Below are positions 1-10,379 of a stretch of DNA of 32,000 nucleotides, one piece after another; within the stretch, counting starts at the first letter, position 1, and the number at the start of each line of letters is the position of its first letter. Where the stretch lies: assembly GCF_000014265.1 (NCBI RefSeq), contig NC_008312.1, positions 1,740,001-1,772,000 of the forward strand, in the 5' to 3' direction. Below the pieces are notes generated by a model. The model saw only the letters and a program-made list of their open reading frames with translations. It made no database searches and was not told the DNA's origin. The translations under genes and the position numbers were made by a program. This DNA comes from Trichodesmium erythraeum IMS101 (lineage in GTDB: Bacteria > Cyanobacteriota > Cyanobacteriia > Cyanobacteriales > Microcoleaceae).

Positions 1-193
1 AATTCCATTTAATCAAAGCTTGTTGAGAAATAGATAATTTTTCAACTAAAGATTTAAGTTGCCTTTGGCGCGAATGATACATTTGAGTCATTATTCTGAT
101 GCTTTTAGTCTCTGCTGCTATATTTTTGTGACTAACTTCCCCAAGCTCACCCATAAAAATTGTACAAGCTTCGGAGCTAGCCTCCTGCTTCAT
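1..193 (-). CDS. Partial ORF running off the window start; possible helix-turn-helix protein
   Basis: Absent from the supplied track because no stop lies in the window. An ATG (plus-strand CAT at 191-193) opens a minus-strand frame that stays open to position 1: MKQEASSEACTIFMGELGEVSHKNIAAETKSIRIMTQMYHSRQRQLKSLVEKLSISQQALIKWN... The LSISQQALIKW segment looks like an HTH. Function not assignable. Confidence 0.3.
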   Translation of the reverse strand, partial: MKQEASSEACTIFMGELGEVSHKNIAAETKSIRIMTQMYHSRQRQLKSLVEKLSISQQALIKWN

Positions 194-338
194 TGAAAAT
201 CACTGACCGAAGTCTGTAACCTTTATTTGTTCACAGACTTAAAATTTCTGAAAACTGAACTTACTGATACAAATAGTTTTCTAAGTTGACCACAACCTTA
301 AAAATTGGTGTCAACCCTACTTATCAGTATTGAGAACT

Positions 339-1796
339 TCACTTCTGACTTCTAATTTCCCGCTTTCTGACCTCAGAAGTATCTCCACCAACAACAACAT
401 TCCCAATACGCAAACTCGGACCTCCACAACCAACAGGTAAACCATTTTGCTCACCTTTACCGCAACCGCCAGACTCATCCCAATGAAAATCATCACCGAT
501 CGCTTCAATATCTGCCAAAGTATTAAACACATTTCCAGAAAGAGTCACATCCCTAACCGGTTCAGCTAACTCACCATTTCTAATCATCCAAGCTTCTCCA
601 GCACTAAAAGTAAATATTTCCCCATTAGTCATGCCACCAAACCAGTTACAAGCATAAACTCCCTCCTTAATATCAGCAAATAAATCTGAAACAGGAGTAT
701 TTCCTTGTGCTATCCAAGTGTTAGTCATCCTCACAATAGGTGGATAACGGTAGTCAAGACAACGTGCATTACCCGTAGGTGCCTCCCCCAGCTTTCCAGC
801 AGTCTCCCGTGAATGTAAGCGCCCTACTAAAACCCCATCCTGAATCAACTGAGTGGTAGTTGCTAAAGTACCTTCATCATCATAAACATAACTACCCCGA
901 TGAACTTCTTCCCCAGCCCCACCTAATAAAGGCTCTACCTTCGCACCATCAAATATTTGTAAATTTTCCGGACCAAATACTCGACCAATTGTCATCACTT
1001 CCAGTAGATCAGGATTTTCGTATGCCATATCCGCTTCCGAGAGATGACCAAAAGCTTCGTGAACAAATAAACCTGTCAGAATAGGGTCAATAACTACAGT
1101 ATAAGCATTACCTTGAACTATGGGTAAAGCTAGAGAATTAACAGCTCTCTGAGCAGCACTACGAACTTGTGCATCCAAATTAGTTAAATCTTCATAAGCC
1201 TTGCGAGAACCAGTAGTTTCTCTACCCGTTTGTACAGTATCCCCATTTCTAGCAGTAGCAGCAAAGCGCATTTCCATATCTGTCCAAGATTGTTCTAATA
1301 TCGTTCCTTCCGAAGTAGCTAGAATAGTTTTTTGGGTACTATCCCCATAACGCACAGACACATTAGTAATTCGAGGATCTACACTCCGCAGCACCTGGCC
1401 ATAATGTTCGCATAGTTCTTTTTTACTAGCTAAACTTATGTAACGAGGGTTTTTTCCTGTGAGAGAAACCACATGAGTTTCTTGAATAATTGGTATAGGA
1501 GCTAGAATAGTTTCTTCTTTCCCAATTAGTTTAGCCGCAGCGATCGCCTCTTCTATTCTATCTTTCAAAGTATATATTTGATTAAAACTGGCAAAACCCC
1601 AAGCTCCTTTATAGCAGGCTCGTACTTGACCGCCAATAGAAATACCTTCACTCAGAGTTTCTATTTTGTGGCCTCGCAAAAGAATATCTGTTTCTTCCGA
1701 CTTTTCTAAGCGAATAGCCAAGTAATCTACTTGAGAGCTATAATCACTGAGTAGGTCAGACAATAGATTTTTGGCTTCAGTTAGTGATATGGGCAT
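339..1796 (-). CDS. tldD: TldD-family metallopeptidase
   Basis: 485-aa ORF with the TldD zinc motif HEAFGH (FVHEAFGHLSEAD). The glycine-rich C-terminal region (GGCGKGEQNGLPVGCGGPSLRI) is typical of the TldD/PmbA family, and the length is typical. Confidence 0.9.
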   Translation of the reverse strand: MPISLTEAKNLLSDLLSDYSSQVDYLAIRLEKSEETDILLRGHKIETLSEGISIGGQVRACYKGAWGFASFNQIYTLKDRIEEAIAAAKLIGKEETILAPIPIIQETHVVSLTGKNPRYISLASKKELCEHYGQVLRSVDPRITNVSVRYGDSTQKTILATSEGTILEQSWTDMEMRFAATARNGDTVQTGRETTGSRKAYEDLTNLDAQVRSAAQRAVNSLALPIVQGNAYTVVIDPILTGLFVHEAFGHLSEADMAYENPDLLEVMTIGRVFGPENLQIFDGAKVEPLLGGAGEEVHRGSYVYDDEGTLATTTQLIQDGVLVGRLHSRETAGKLGEAPTGNARCLDYRYPPIVRMTNTWIAQGNTPVSDLFADIKEGVYACNWFGGMTNGEIFTFSAGEAWMIRNGELAEPVRDVTLSGNVFNTLADIEAIGDDFHWDESGGCGKGEQNGLPVGCGGPSLRIGNVVVGGDTSEVRKREIRSQK

Positions 1797-2020
1797 TTAT
1801 ATTCCAATAGTTTTATGATTAATATTTGTACAACATCAACTTTGAATGTAAGGTTTTTTTTGGTAGTTATTTAACTATTAGAGCTACTCTGATGATTTCA
1901 TACCTCATAAACTTTAGTTTTATCAACCGCAGTTTGATATAAAACGTATTAGTATATAGACATTCCCTTAGTCACTCCCAAAAAATAATTTTCGGGAAGC
2001 TTAACAGTTGCTATAAATAT

Positions 2021-2917
2021 TATAAAAATTATTTTCATAACAATCTACAACTCATTTCACCTTATCGAAAGGAAAATACTCTAGAAACAATACATATTGG
2101 CCGTCCTCAAACAGGAAAACCTCAACCATATAAACACAAAATTCTAGAATACTTAAAGCTAAACCAAGGATTTTATCCTAGAACAACTGTGTCAAAAATT
2201 CACAACAGATACAGGTATTAAAGTGAGCATTCCTATAATATTTCGTTTCTTACAAGGACACAAACCCTCCTCGCCAAAAAAACTAAGTACAGTACTCAGG
2301 CTAAAACTGAAGCTGTACAGGAGTTAATAGTTGAGTTGAGTATTGCCTAGCGTTCGCTCTAGTAAAGGTCACAAACTTGTCTTTATTGATAAAACCCGAT
2401 TAAATATAGGCATGATACCTGATTATGGTTAGGTAGAACAACATCTGGAGATAGAGTATATAGTCTAGCACCCTATCCTCATGGTCAAATGATTACCCTC
2501 ATCGGAGCAATCATGTTCAAACAAATCCTCAACACTATGACCATCAATGCACCGAACCAGTGACAAGGTATTTAAAACTTTTATGGAAGAACTACTGGCC
2601 CCTGAATTATGGCCCCCGAAAAGTTGTGGTTGGAGATAATTTGCCAGCTATTTGCTAGCTCATAAGGTTAAGGGAATTTCTGAAGCTATTGAAGCAGTGG
2701 AGGCGAGATTCATTTATCTATTTCCTTACTCTCCTCAATTTAACCTTATTGAACAATAGTGGTCAAATCTTAAAGCCCATTAAAAAAAATTGGCCACAAC
2801 TGGTGAACAATTAGAACAGGCGATCGCTACTTTGATGTATTTAGTCACTCCTAAAATGTTAAGCAACTGGTTTACTCACTGTTATTACTGTAGTCTTTTG
2901 TTATGAAAACCGCTATA
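2021..2917 (+). pseudogene. IS630-family transposase pseudogene (N-terminally truncated, multiple in-frame stops)
   Basis: Translation gives ...ARFIYLFPYSPQFNLIEQ*WSNLKAH*KKLATTGEQLEQAIATLMYLVTPKMLSNWFTHCYYCSLLL*, matching the IS630 C-terminal pattern (PYSPxxNxIE..WS, NWFxHC). There is an in-frame TAG at 2757-2759. The right end TTGTTATGAAAACCGCTATA (to 2917) has a degenerate inverted copy, TATAAAAATTATTTTCATAACAA, at ~2021-2043. Confidence 0.7.
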
Positions 2918-3769
2918 AACGTATAATTTTTCTTTTTTCCAGAAAAATATTTTTTTTGCTTATTATCATCATTTAGGCTATTTATAATTTTTTCTGTCCT
3001 ATCTAAAATTAATTCTTGTCCTGTTAAAAATTAAAGTGAATTCCTAACATTTAAAAAGTCTTTGTAGACATAAATAGTATAAAGTTAGAATAACTTATTA
3101 TTCTAATTTTAATCTTTTTTTATGCCAAATTCTGGTTTTATGAATCATTTTTTTATTTGACCTATTCCCCCTTTTTTATTTTTTTTTCGGATATAATTTG
3201 AGCATTTTTATTAATTTTTTTCAATTACTGAGTACCAATACCGATAACTATTTTAGTTTCTTTTGGGTAGTAATTTATATACTCTAACATTTGATTCATT
3301 AGTATATTTTTTGATAAAATAGACCCTAAAATTATAGCTTAATTTTTATGTAGCCATACAACTATTCATTCTTAGGATATTATAAAGACAACTAAAAGAG
3401 AAAAATTTATTTGTGGAACTATTCTCAAAAATAGACGCAAAAAAAAGTACAGTAAAAAAGATAGTAATCCTTTATCTTTTGCCGATTTATCTGAGTTAAT
3501 AAATAATTTGCAAATTGAATAGTTAAACAATTTGCTGGAGAAGAAAATTATTCGTCATGTTAAGCAACATTTTTTATAAAATTAACTTCGAGAGTAAAAA
3601 CCTGTACAAAAAGATAATATAGCAGTAACTTGTGAACTATTAATATTCAAATTTGACTAGCAGATAAAGGTTAGAAGGGAGAAGGTTTTTTCTAACTAAT
3701 TTGATGATTTTAATTCATAGAAATTTTAGCTTTTTTCTTCCTTCTAACTTCCTCCCTCTTACTTCTGAA

Positions 3770-4945
3770 TTAATATTGAGGTACAGAAGAATCTATTTCC
3801 TTACTCCAAGCAGTAATTCCACCCTTGAGATTAGTACCCTCAATACCATGTTCTTTAAGAATACCTAAAGCTTTAGCCGATCTCCCCCCCATCTTACAAT
3901 GAGCAATTAAAGAGCGATTATTCATTAACTCCTTCACCTTTGTCACACCAGGGCCCTGCTCAATATCTGGCAATGGTACTAAAACAGACCCAGGAATTTT
4001 GGCAATATCATATTCATTGGGGTTCCGTACATCAACTAAAACAAAATCATCCTTCTTCCCACTATCAAATAATTGCTTCAAATCTTGAACTGTCATTTCT
4101 GGAATAGCCATTTTAGTTTCTGCCTCCTGTGCTTTAGCTTGAGGAATACCACAAAACTGCTCATAATCAATCAACTCTTCAATAATTGGTCGTATCGGAT
4201 TAGGACGCAATTTCAATTCTCGGAAAGTCATATCTAGGGAATTATAAAGTAACAATCTACCACTCAAAGTCTTACCTTTACCCAAAACAACTTTGATAGT
4301 TTCCGTTGCTTGGATCACCCCAATTATTCCTGGTAAAATACCCAACACCCCACCTTCTGCACAAGAAGGTACCATTCCTGGGGGTGGAGGTTCAGGGTAA
4401 AGGTCACGGTAGTTCGGTCCACCTTCATAATTAAACACAGTTGCCTGACCCTCAAAGCGGAAAATTGAGCCGTAGACATTAGGTTTATTCAAAAGAACAC
4501 AGGCATCATTAACCAAATAACGAGTCGGGAAATTATCAGTACCATCAACAATCACATCATAAGACTTGAGAATGTCAAGGGCATTTTCAGCACTTAACCT
4601 GGTTTCATAAAGGTCAACCTGACAGTAAGGATTAATTTCATGAATCCGATTTTTAGCAGATTCAATTTTTGGCTTACCCACCCAGGAAGTACCATGAATA
4701 ACCTGTCGTTGTAAATTGGAACTATCGACAATATCAAAATCTACAATTCCAATATTTCCAATTCCTGCTGCTGCTAGATATAACAATAGTGGAGAACCAA
4801 GACCTCCCGTGCCTATACATAGAACACTAGCTGCCTTGAGACGTTTTTGACCATCTAATCCTACTTCCGGTAGAATCAGGTGCCTCGAATAACGTTGATA
4901 TTCTTCTGTATTTAACTGGATTTGTTCCAGATTAGGATTTAACAT
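3770..4945 (-). CDS. moeB: MoeB/ThiF-type adenylyltransferase fused to a C-terminal rhodanese domain (MoeZ-like sulfur-carrier E1)
   Basis: 391 aa. It has the nucleotide-binding loop IGTGGLGSP, the PSCAEGGVLG active-site region typical of MoeB, and a C-terminal rhodanese domain with catalytic loop CKMGGRS. Confidence 0.9.
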   Translation of the reverse strand: MLNPNLEQIQLNTEEYQRYSRHLILPEVGLDGQKRLKAASVLCIGTGGLGSPLLLYLAAAGIGNIGIVDFDIVDSSNLQRQVIHGTSWVGKPKIESAKNRIHEINPYCQVDLYETRLSAENALDILKSYDVIVDGTDNFPTRYLVNDACVLLNKPNVYGSIFRFEGQATVFNYEGGPNYRDLYPEPPPPGMVPSCAEGGVLGILPGIIGVIQATETIKVVLGKGKTLSGRLLLYNSLDMTFRELKLRPNPIRPIIEELIDYEQFCGIPQAKAQEAETKMAIPEMTVQDLKQLFDSGKKDDFVLVDVRNPNEYDIAKIPGSVLVPLPDIEQGPGVTKVKELMNNRSLIAHCKMGGRSAKALGILKEHGIEGTNLKGGITAWSKEIDSSVPQY

Positions 4946-5213
4946 GACAATTTTTGCCTAGATATTTCTTAGATAAATTCTGTGAACTGTTTTCCTACTA
5001 AACTGGAGATAATAGCTGAAATTCATTAACCCTATGGAATTCAGTTATCTGTTTCATAGTCTTAATGTCTCAGCCTTTATATAATTTAAAATGACTTTTT
5101 GAAAAAGCATTCAAATTTTATCAAATTTTTTTGAGCTATTGCGATAAATTGCTAGGAATATTAAAGTTAGCAACTACCTCCTAAAATTATCTACATTAAA
5201 CCTGCTATATAGC

Positions 5214-5681
5214 TTATTGCTTATCTTTTATTTTAATAATTTTTTCTGGTTGAAACTGGTGATTATCATCAAGAGACCAACAGAGAAAGTCAATAGCTTG
5301 GCCTTTTTCCACTGAGATTATAACATAGGAATATTCTGGCCAAGCATAGGTACGGTCAAATTCTGAGGGGATAGCTACATGGTTTGGGTGGGAATGATAG
5401 ATGCCAATAATAGATAAGTGGCGTTCTCTTGCGGACTTCATTGTTTTTAGCATCAGTTCTGGGGATATGGCATATCTTTTTTCTTCTGTAAATTCTGTTT
5501 GTTCTGGCCAATATTCATCTGCTTCTGTTTGCCAGGCATTTTCAGCAGGCCAGACTTCAATAACTGTTTTTGTCTCTTGGTTTTTCTGACCTAATAGTAA
5601 ACCACAGCATTCATTTGGGTAAGATATTTCAGCATGAGTCAAAATTTTTTGAAAGTAGGAAGAGGAGAGTATTAAGGGCAT
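5214..5681 (-). CDS. JAMM/MPN+ (Mov34) metalloprotease
   Basis: 155 aa with a complete JAMM signature: upstream Glu (NECCGLLLG), then HSHPNHVAIPSEFD (HxH...S..D). Confidence 0.85.
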   Translation of the reverse strand: MPLILSSSYFQKILTHAEISYPNECCGLLLGQKNQETKTVIEVWPAENAWQTEADEYWPEQTEFTEEKRYAISPELMLKTMKSARERHLSIIGIYHSHPNHVAIPSEFDRTYAWPEYSYVIISVEKGQAIDFLCWSLDDNHQFQPEKIIKIKDKQ

Positions 5682-7475
5682 CTGTTTTGAGAGGTAGGAA
5701 AGCCGAATGTGAGTTAAATAATTTTTGTGTACAATCTATTGAATAAGATTTTATGGTTTTTTTCTTCTTCTTAAGGTATTTATAAGACTGTAATCTCATC
5801 AATTTGATAATTGCTATATCTTCTGCTTGATTTTTCAATGAATATTAGTAGAACTTTTACCTTGGCATTCAAATTCAGGTTTAGCGATCGCTTCGAGCTA
5901 TAAATACTACATTTTATTCTCACAAATCATTCCTAATTGCTGTATCAATATTTAATTTTATTTATTAAGTGATACTTTCTTGATGTTTAATATTTACTAT
6001 TTGGTACAGTTATTTTCTAAGCCTTTTTATTTTCCTGAATTATTTTTTTTTTAGTTTTTTTGATAAAGTAACCATTATATTTACCCTAATAAAAATTTAG
6101 GTTTTGCACATCTAAAATTTTATATCTTTTGGCATTTTATTAGCCAGATTTTATTAATGTATACATCGTTTTTATTGAATTATAGTAATCAAAACTTTTA
6201 ACATTAACCAAAAGTTAAATTTCAACTGATGGAGTAACTTATGGTAATCAAAAACCAAGTTTATTTCATGGTTATGATTGGTAAAAATCTATTTTCCTTG
6301 TTTAATTAATGAGGCAAAAACTGGTATTCTTTTAATATTACAATTAGGGGAAGGGAAAATTATAATTAAGCCAAGGGAACGAAAGGAATTTTACGATAGT
6401 TATTTTGGCGATTAAAAAAAACCATGGAAAAATGTTTCGATTATTTTAAGAGGATATAGATACTTTTATTTACCAGAAATAATTGATTTTTTTGAACTTC
6501 AAAATGTGTAATACTCTTTTAAATTTAGTAGTAATTAAGTCTTCAAAATAAGAATATATTATTTATTAGATATAGCTCGATTAAATTATAATAAATATCA
6601 TCAAAAAGTTCCTTGATTTGATAATATTTATTACCTTAAAAAAAAAGTTGGGATAAATTTAGTCAAATTAAATATTGCTAAAATTAGATTAGCTATAAAA
6701 AATTATAAGCCTCAATTTTTATTCACAAATATGGATATAAAAACTCAATAAACTTATAATAAATTTTATGCTCAAATAGCAGCAAATTTAGATAATACAA
6801 TTAAATAATAAAAAAAACTTCATAGATATAGGTTAATTTTTTATCAATTTATTGGTGATAAATTCCGTTTATTTCTATCTTAATTAGCTTATATTTTAAT
6901 ATTATAAATCAGAGAATTAGTATCACAAGCTAGATTAGAAAAAGCTCAAATTTATTCAATGAAAGAAACGTTAATAAAAATTGCCAACCGTATCAAAGTT
7001 ATAACTCATGTAATTATGGTAAAACTAATATTAAATTATCCATTTTAAGCAGAAATAAAACTGATATTACAAAAATTATTAACAGGAAGACAATTAATTT
7101 ATTCTTGAGATGAGTTGGTTATAGGATTACTATGTCTAAAAGAGATTTTTAGAAGGTTGTTTGAGGAAAATAACTGTAAATTTTTAAGTCTTGTTCTTTG
7201 ATTAATTTTGATTATCGATCCTTAATCAATCTGTTTATGTTTACTTTTTTCCTTTAGTTTTTTTTGTTCATGAATAATTCAGGTTAGCTAATTTTAGTAA
7301 AAATGAATTATCACAACATCAATTTGCTTTCTAATGTCATGAATTCATGACTTATTCTAGGTCTTATAGCACCAGCTTGGTTTATAAATTATGTAAACAT
7401 TCAACTCTTATGGCATAAGTTTAGAATCAACATCACAATTATTTAGTAAAGCTAAATCAATTATTTAGGAAGATT

Positions 7476-8141
7476 ATGAGTATTACTTGTGATTTATGTT
7501 TCTACAACAGAAACTCAGAAAAAAACAAATTTTGCGAAGTTTGTGGTTCAGAAATTAGACTATCAACTACTTTATTGAAAACTCAAGAAAAAAGTATTCA
7601 AGAGGGAGAAATACAAACAGCTATCCAAACAGACAAAAACACAGTAAACCAGGATAAAGATATTAATCAAAATATTAATAACTACTTCCTAAAAACACCG
7701 ACATATATCAATAAAACTACTAGTCAAAATCCAATTATAGAAGCAGATAAAAAAGTAAATATGACACCTAAAAATGCTATTAATTCTACTCTCATCAATA
7801 GCAGTATTGTTAAACTTATCCCCAAACAAATAGGTGCTCCTATACCAGAATTTATTATCGATAGCAATAATGCCATTATTGGTAAATTTAACCCAGAAAT
7901 AGGACCAGTAGAAATTGATTTAGATGGATTTTATGGAGACAATACTGTTTCCTTAACCCATGCAGAAATCTATTTTAAAAATAATCAATGGCAGATAAAA
8001 GACATGGGTTCTACTAATGGTATTTATATCAAACATATAGGAAAAACTAGGTTTGGATACCGTATCAATAAACCAGAAATATTAAACTCAGGAGATGAAA
8101 TTGCCATAGGTAAAATTAGGTTACTATTTATAATTAGTTGA
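7476..8141 (+). CDS. Zinc-ribbon plus FHA-domain protein (FraH-like architecture)
   Basis: The N-terminus has CDLC...x13...CEVCG (CxxC-CxxC zinc ribbon), followed by an Asn/Thr/Gln-rich linker. The C-terminal FHA signature is IIGK, VSLTHAEI (SxxH), GSTNGIYI (NG) and SGDEIAIG. An AGGAAG Shine-Dalgarno-like motif lies just upstream of the ATG. Confidence 0.8.
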   Translation: MSITCDLCFYNRNSEKNKFCEVCGSEIRLSTTLLKTQEKSIQEGEIQTAIQTDKNTVNQDKDINQNINNYFLKTPTYINKTTSQNPIIEADKKVNMTPKNAINSTLINSSIVKLIPKQIGAPIPEFIIDSNNAIIGKFNPEIGPVEIDLDGFYGDNTVSLTHAEIYFKNNQWQIKDMGSTNGIYIKHIGKTRFGYRINKPEILNSGDEIAIGKIRLLFIIS

Positions 8142-8389
8142 ACGTAACTATAGGATGGATATTGTTGATAAGTAAACATTGAGCTATTAACTATCAGCTC
8201 TCAGCAATAATACTCTGCTTTTGTAGTAATATTTAATACCAATCATCAAAAATAATGTAAGACTTTAGACCTTACTAAATACTTCATTTATTAAGTAATA
8301 AGTAAGGTTTAGTAATGTTTTTACTTAAGTAAAGAACAAAAAAATTAAACAATTAATAAATTCATTTTTTTTTTGAAATTGATGTCAAG

Positions 8390-8960
8390 AACAATCCCCC
8401 GTAAATGATTCAGTCCATAACGAAAAATACTTTTTGCTCTAGGAACGTATTTTTTAATTTTTCAGGGTATTTGTTCATGTAACCATTCCTTAATTAAAAT
8501 TGCCCAATATAGAGCCAAACTAATTAACGCGAATAATTTACTCAGTCTTTCAATTTGATTAAAATGAGTTAATTTCAAATTGAATTCTCTAGTTTTAAAC
8601 ATCCCGAACAGTATTTCAATCTCCCGATCCCTGTGGAAGCTGAATCATTACTAATCACAATTAGTAATTCTCCATCATCTAACTGTAAAGCTGAAATATA
8701 AACTTGTCTGCCCCAAACCCATCATTTTCTTGAAATAGTTTAATATTCCACAATTTGAAGATGAGCAAAGATAATTAATGCGGCTCAACTTTTTTACCCA
8801 TCACCAATATTATAATCTGCCTTTTACCTCAGCCAAAAATGAATTTGAGGTTCAATTCTTAAGTAAGTTAACCACTGTTTAGGGATAAACTCTCTATCAC
8901 CACAAAAATACAATAAAAATACAATACTTGAGCATCGGGAAAAATATCCTAGAATTTATC
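8390..8960 (-). pseudogene. IS4-family DDE transposase pseudogene (C-terminal part, frameshifts and stops)
   Basis: Minus-strand translation gives fragments ...VYISALQLDDGELLIVISNDS... and ...REIEILFGMFKTREFNLKLTHFNQIERLSKLFALISLALYWAILIKEWL... These match the conserved C-terminal block of IS4-type transposases (RWxIExLF...K..GF.LE.TH). The fragments lie in different frames. Confidence 0.6.
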
Positions 8961-9099
8961 TAACACATTCATTCTTTCACAAGTGTTATGAAGGTAGCGA
9001 TCATAAACTACTCCCCTATTAAAAGTAACTAGATTTCAACTTATAAATCTATCCTACTAATAGTAAAATGATAATACTATGATCAGCGTTACTCAGTAT

Positions 9100-9485
9100 A
9101 GTTAATTGAAAGAAGATGTTAGTAAATTTGAAGAATTAAGTGACATAGAATGGAAGTTATTTGAAGATATTTTTTCTATTTCACCAGAAAAAAGAGGTAA
9201 AAGTATGCCTGATACTCCATTTCGATATATACAATCATACCCTTCTCACTTCCTAAATAACAGGTTGTCCTTATTTTAATCACTTGGGAAAGGCAAAAAG
9301 AAACCAGGAAATGCGATCAAAATTTCTGTACCTCGTTTTCAAGAAGAGGGTTGTTTTGCCTAGTATCAAGGTAAATATCGTCGCCTAGTTGTAAGATGGG
9401 AGGTTATTTCTGCTTGTATTGAAGCAATTGTAGCGCTCGCCACTATACTTATGTGGATTAATTGCATTTTATTAGTGGGATAGGT
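9100..9485 (+). pseudogene. IS5-family (IS1031/IS427-like) transposase relic with internal deletion
   Basis: An N-terminal piece, LSDIEWKLFEDIFSISPEKRGKSMPDTPFRY..., and a C-terminal piece, YQGKYRRLVVRWEVISACIEAIVALATILMWI, lie only ~200 nt apart. The catalytic core between them is missing. Confidence 0.6.
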
Positions 9486-9581
9486 TTATATAATAATCTG
9501 CCCATTGGTTGTGAAAATTTTTATCACAGTAAACTAGAAACGACTAGAATTAATATTATAAAGACAACTATACTTTATAAT

Positions 9582-9935
9582 ATGGATTATGAAACCGCCC
9601 GCCAATTTCTCATTGACCAGGGAACTGCTCTAGAAACTAAAATTAACCCAGATGCTTTTCTCATGCGTCTCGAACAAGGCAAACCCCCCATTCCTGGTCA
9701 AGTAACTAACATTTTGTTAGCTCTAAAAATATCCTTTGAAACATTACAAGGCGACCCCCTTCTAGACCGAGAATTAGTTGCCGGATTATATTTATTAGCA
9801 ATAGAAAGTCTGAAATTATTTGAAGCAGGTAGACGAAAAAGAGTTATGTGGCCACCACTTTTAAAAGAAGATATCGAACGAATTACAATTGCCGTGAAAA
9901 ATATTTTTTCTGGAGTTGTTTCTAAAGTAAAATAA
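9582..9935 (+). CDS. Hypothetical protein (about 117 aa)
   Basis: The track ORF 9462..9935 begins inside the IS5 relic. The internal ATG at 9582 (MDYETARQFLIDQG...) is the more plausible start. Composition is protein-like and GC is higher than in the flanks. I recognise no family. Confidence 0.55.
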   Translation: MDYETARQFLIDQGTALETKINPDAFLMRLEQGKPPIPGQVTNILLALKISFETLQGDPLLDRELVAGLYLLAIESLKLFEAGRRKRVMWPPLLKEDIERITIAVKNIFSGVVSKVK

Positions 9936-10379
9936 TACTTTAGATCAAATCTACTTGCTTTGGAGTGTTATTGGAAACTGGGTTTATGGGAGGTAGATAT
10001 AATAGAAAAATAATAAATGTTTTTTACAGTTTATTTAGTAGGGGAATAGGGAAGTGGGGGAGTAGAGAAGAGAAGTAAAAATTTATAAAATTAACACTTG
10101 CTAATAATTATCAAAAAAGCTATTTATTATGCTTGTGTTAATTACTTAAAAATTGAAGTTTAAAGCAAGTATAATATTCTTCTATCAAGTTTGTATTCTA
10201 TCAAATCCGGTAGCATTTGTCTAATTCCATATAGATGAATAATAAGTTTAAATTCTAGGAATGAGGAAGCTTTTTTCTTTACTGAGGATAGGAATTATAT
10301 TACTCTGAAGCTAACAGATTTGATATTAGAGGTTGTTTGAAAAGGGGTAGGGATGTAGTCAATGAGTACTAAACGCCAA

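Noticed and set aside
317-1084. Track ORFs 317..532 (-) and 860..1084 (+).
   Set aside because: They overlap or run antisense to the well-supported tldD gene and have low-complexity, hydrophobic or odd composition. They are most likely shadow ORFs.
5167-5190. Minus-strand mini-frame ending ...LGGSC* in the MoeB/JAMM spacer. This looked like the C-terminus of a ThiS/CysO-type carrier with a cleavable extension.
   Set aside because: The frame is closed by a TAG only 8 codons upstream (plus-strand CTA at 5191-5193), so it cannot encode a beta-grasp protein.
5401-5838. Track ORFs 5401..5589 (+) and 5629..5838 (-).
   Set aside because: The first is antisense inside the JAMM gene. The second overlaps the JAMM start and runs into AT-rich non-coding DNA with Lys/Ile/Leu-biased composition. 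I recognise no motifs.
9462-9581. The 40-codon N-terminal extension of the 9462..9935 ORF.
   Set aside because: The extension begins inside the IS5 relic. The ATG at 9582 gives a more plausible product.
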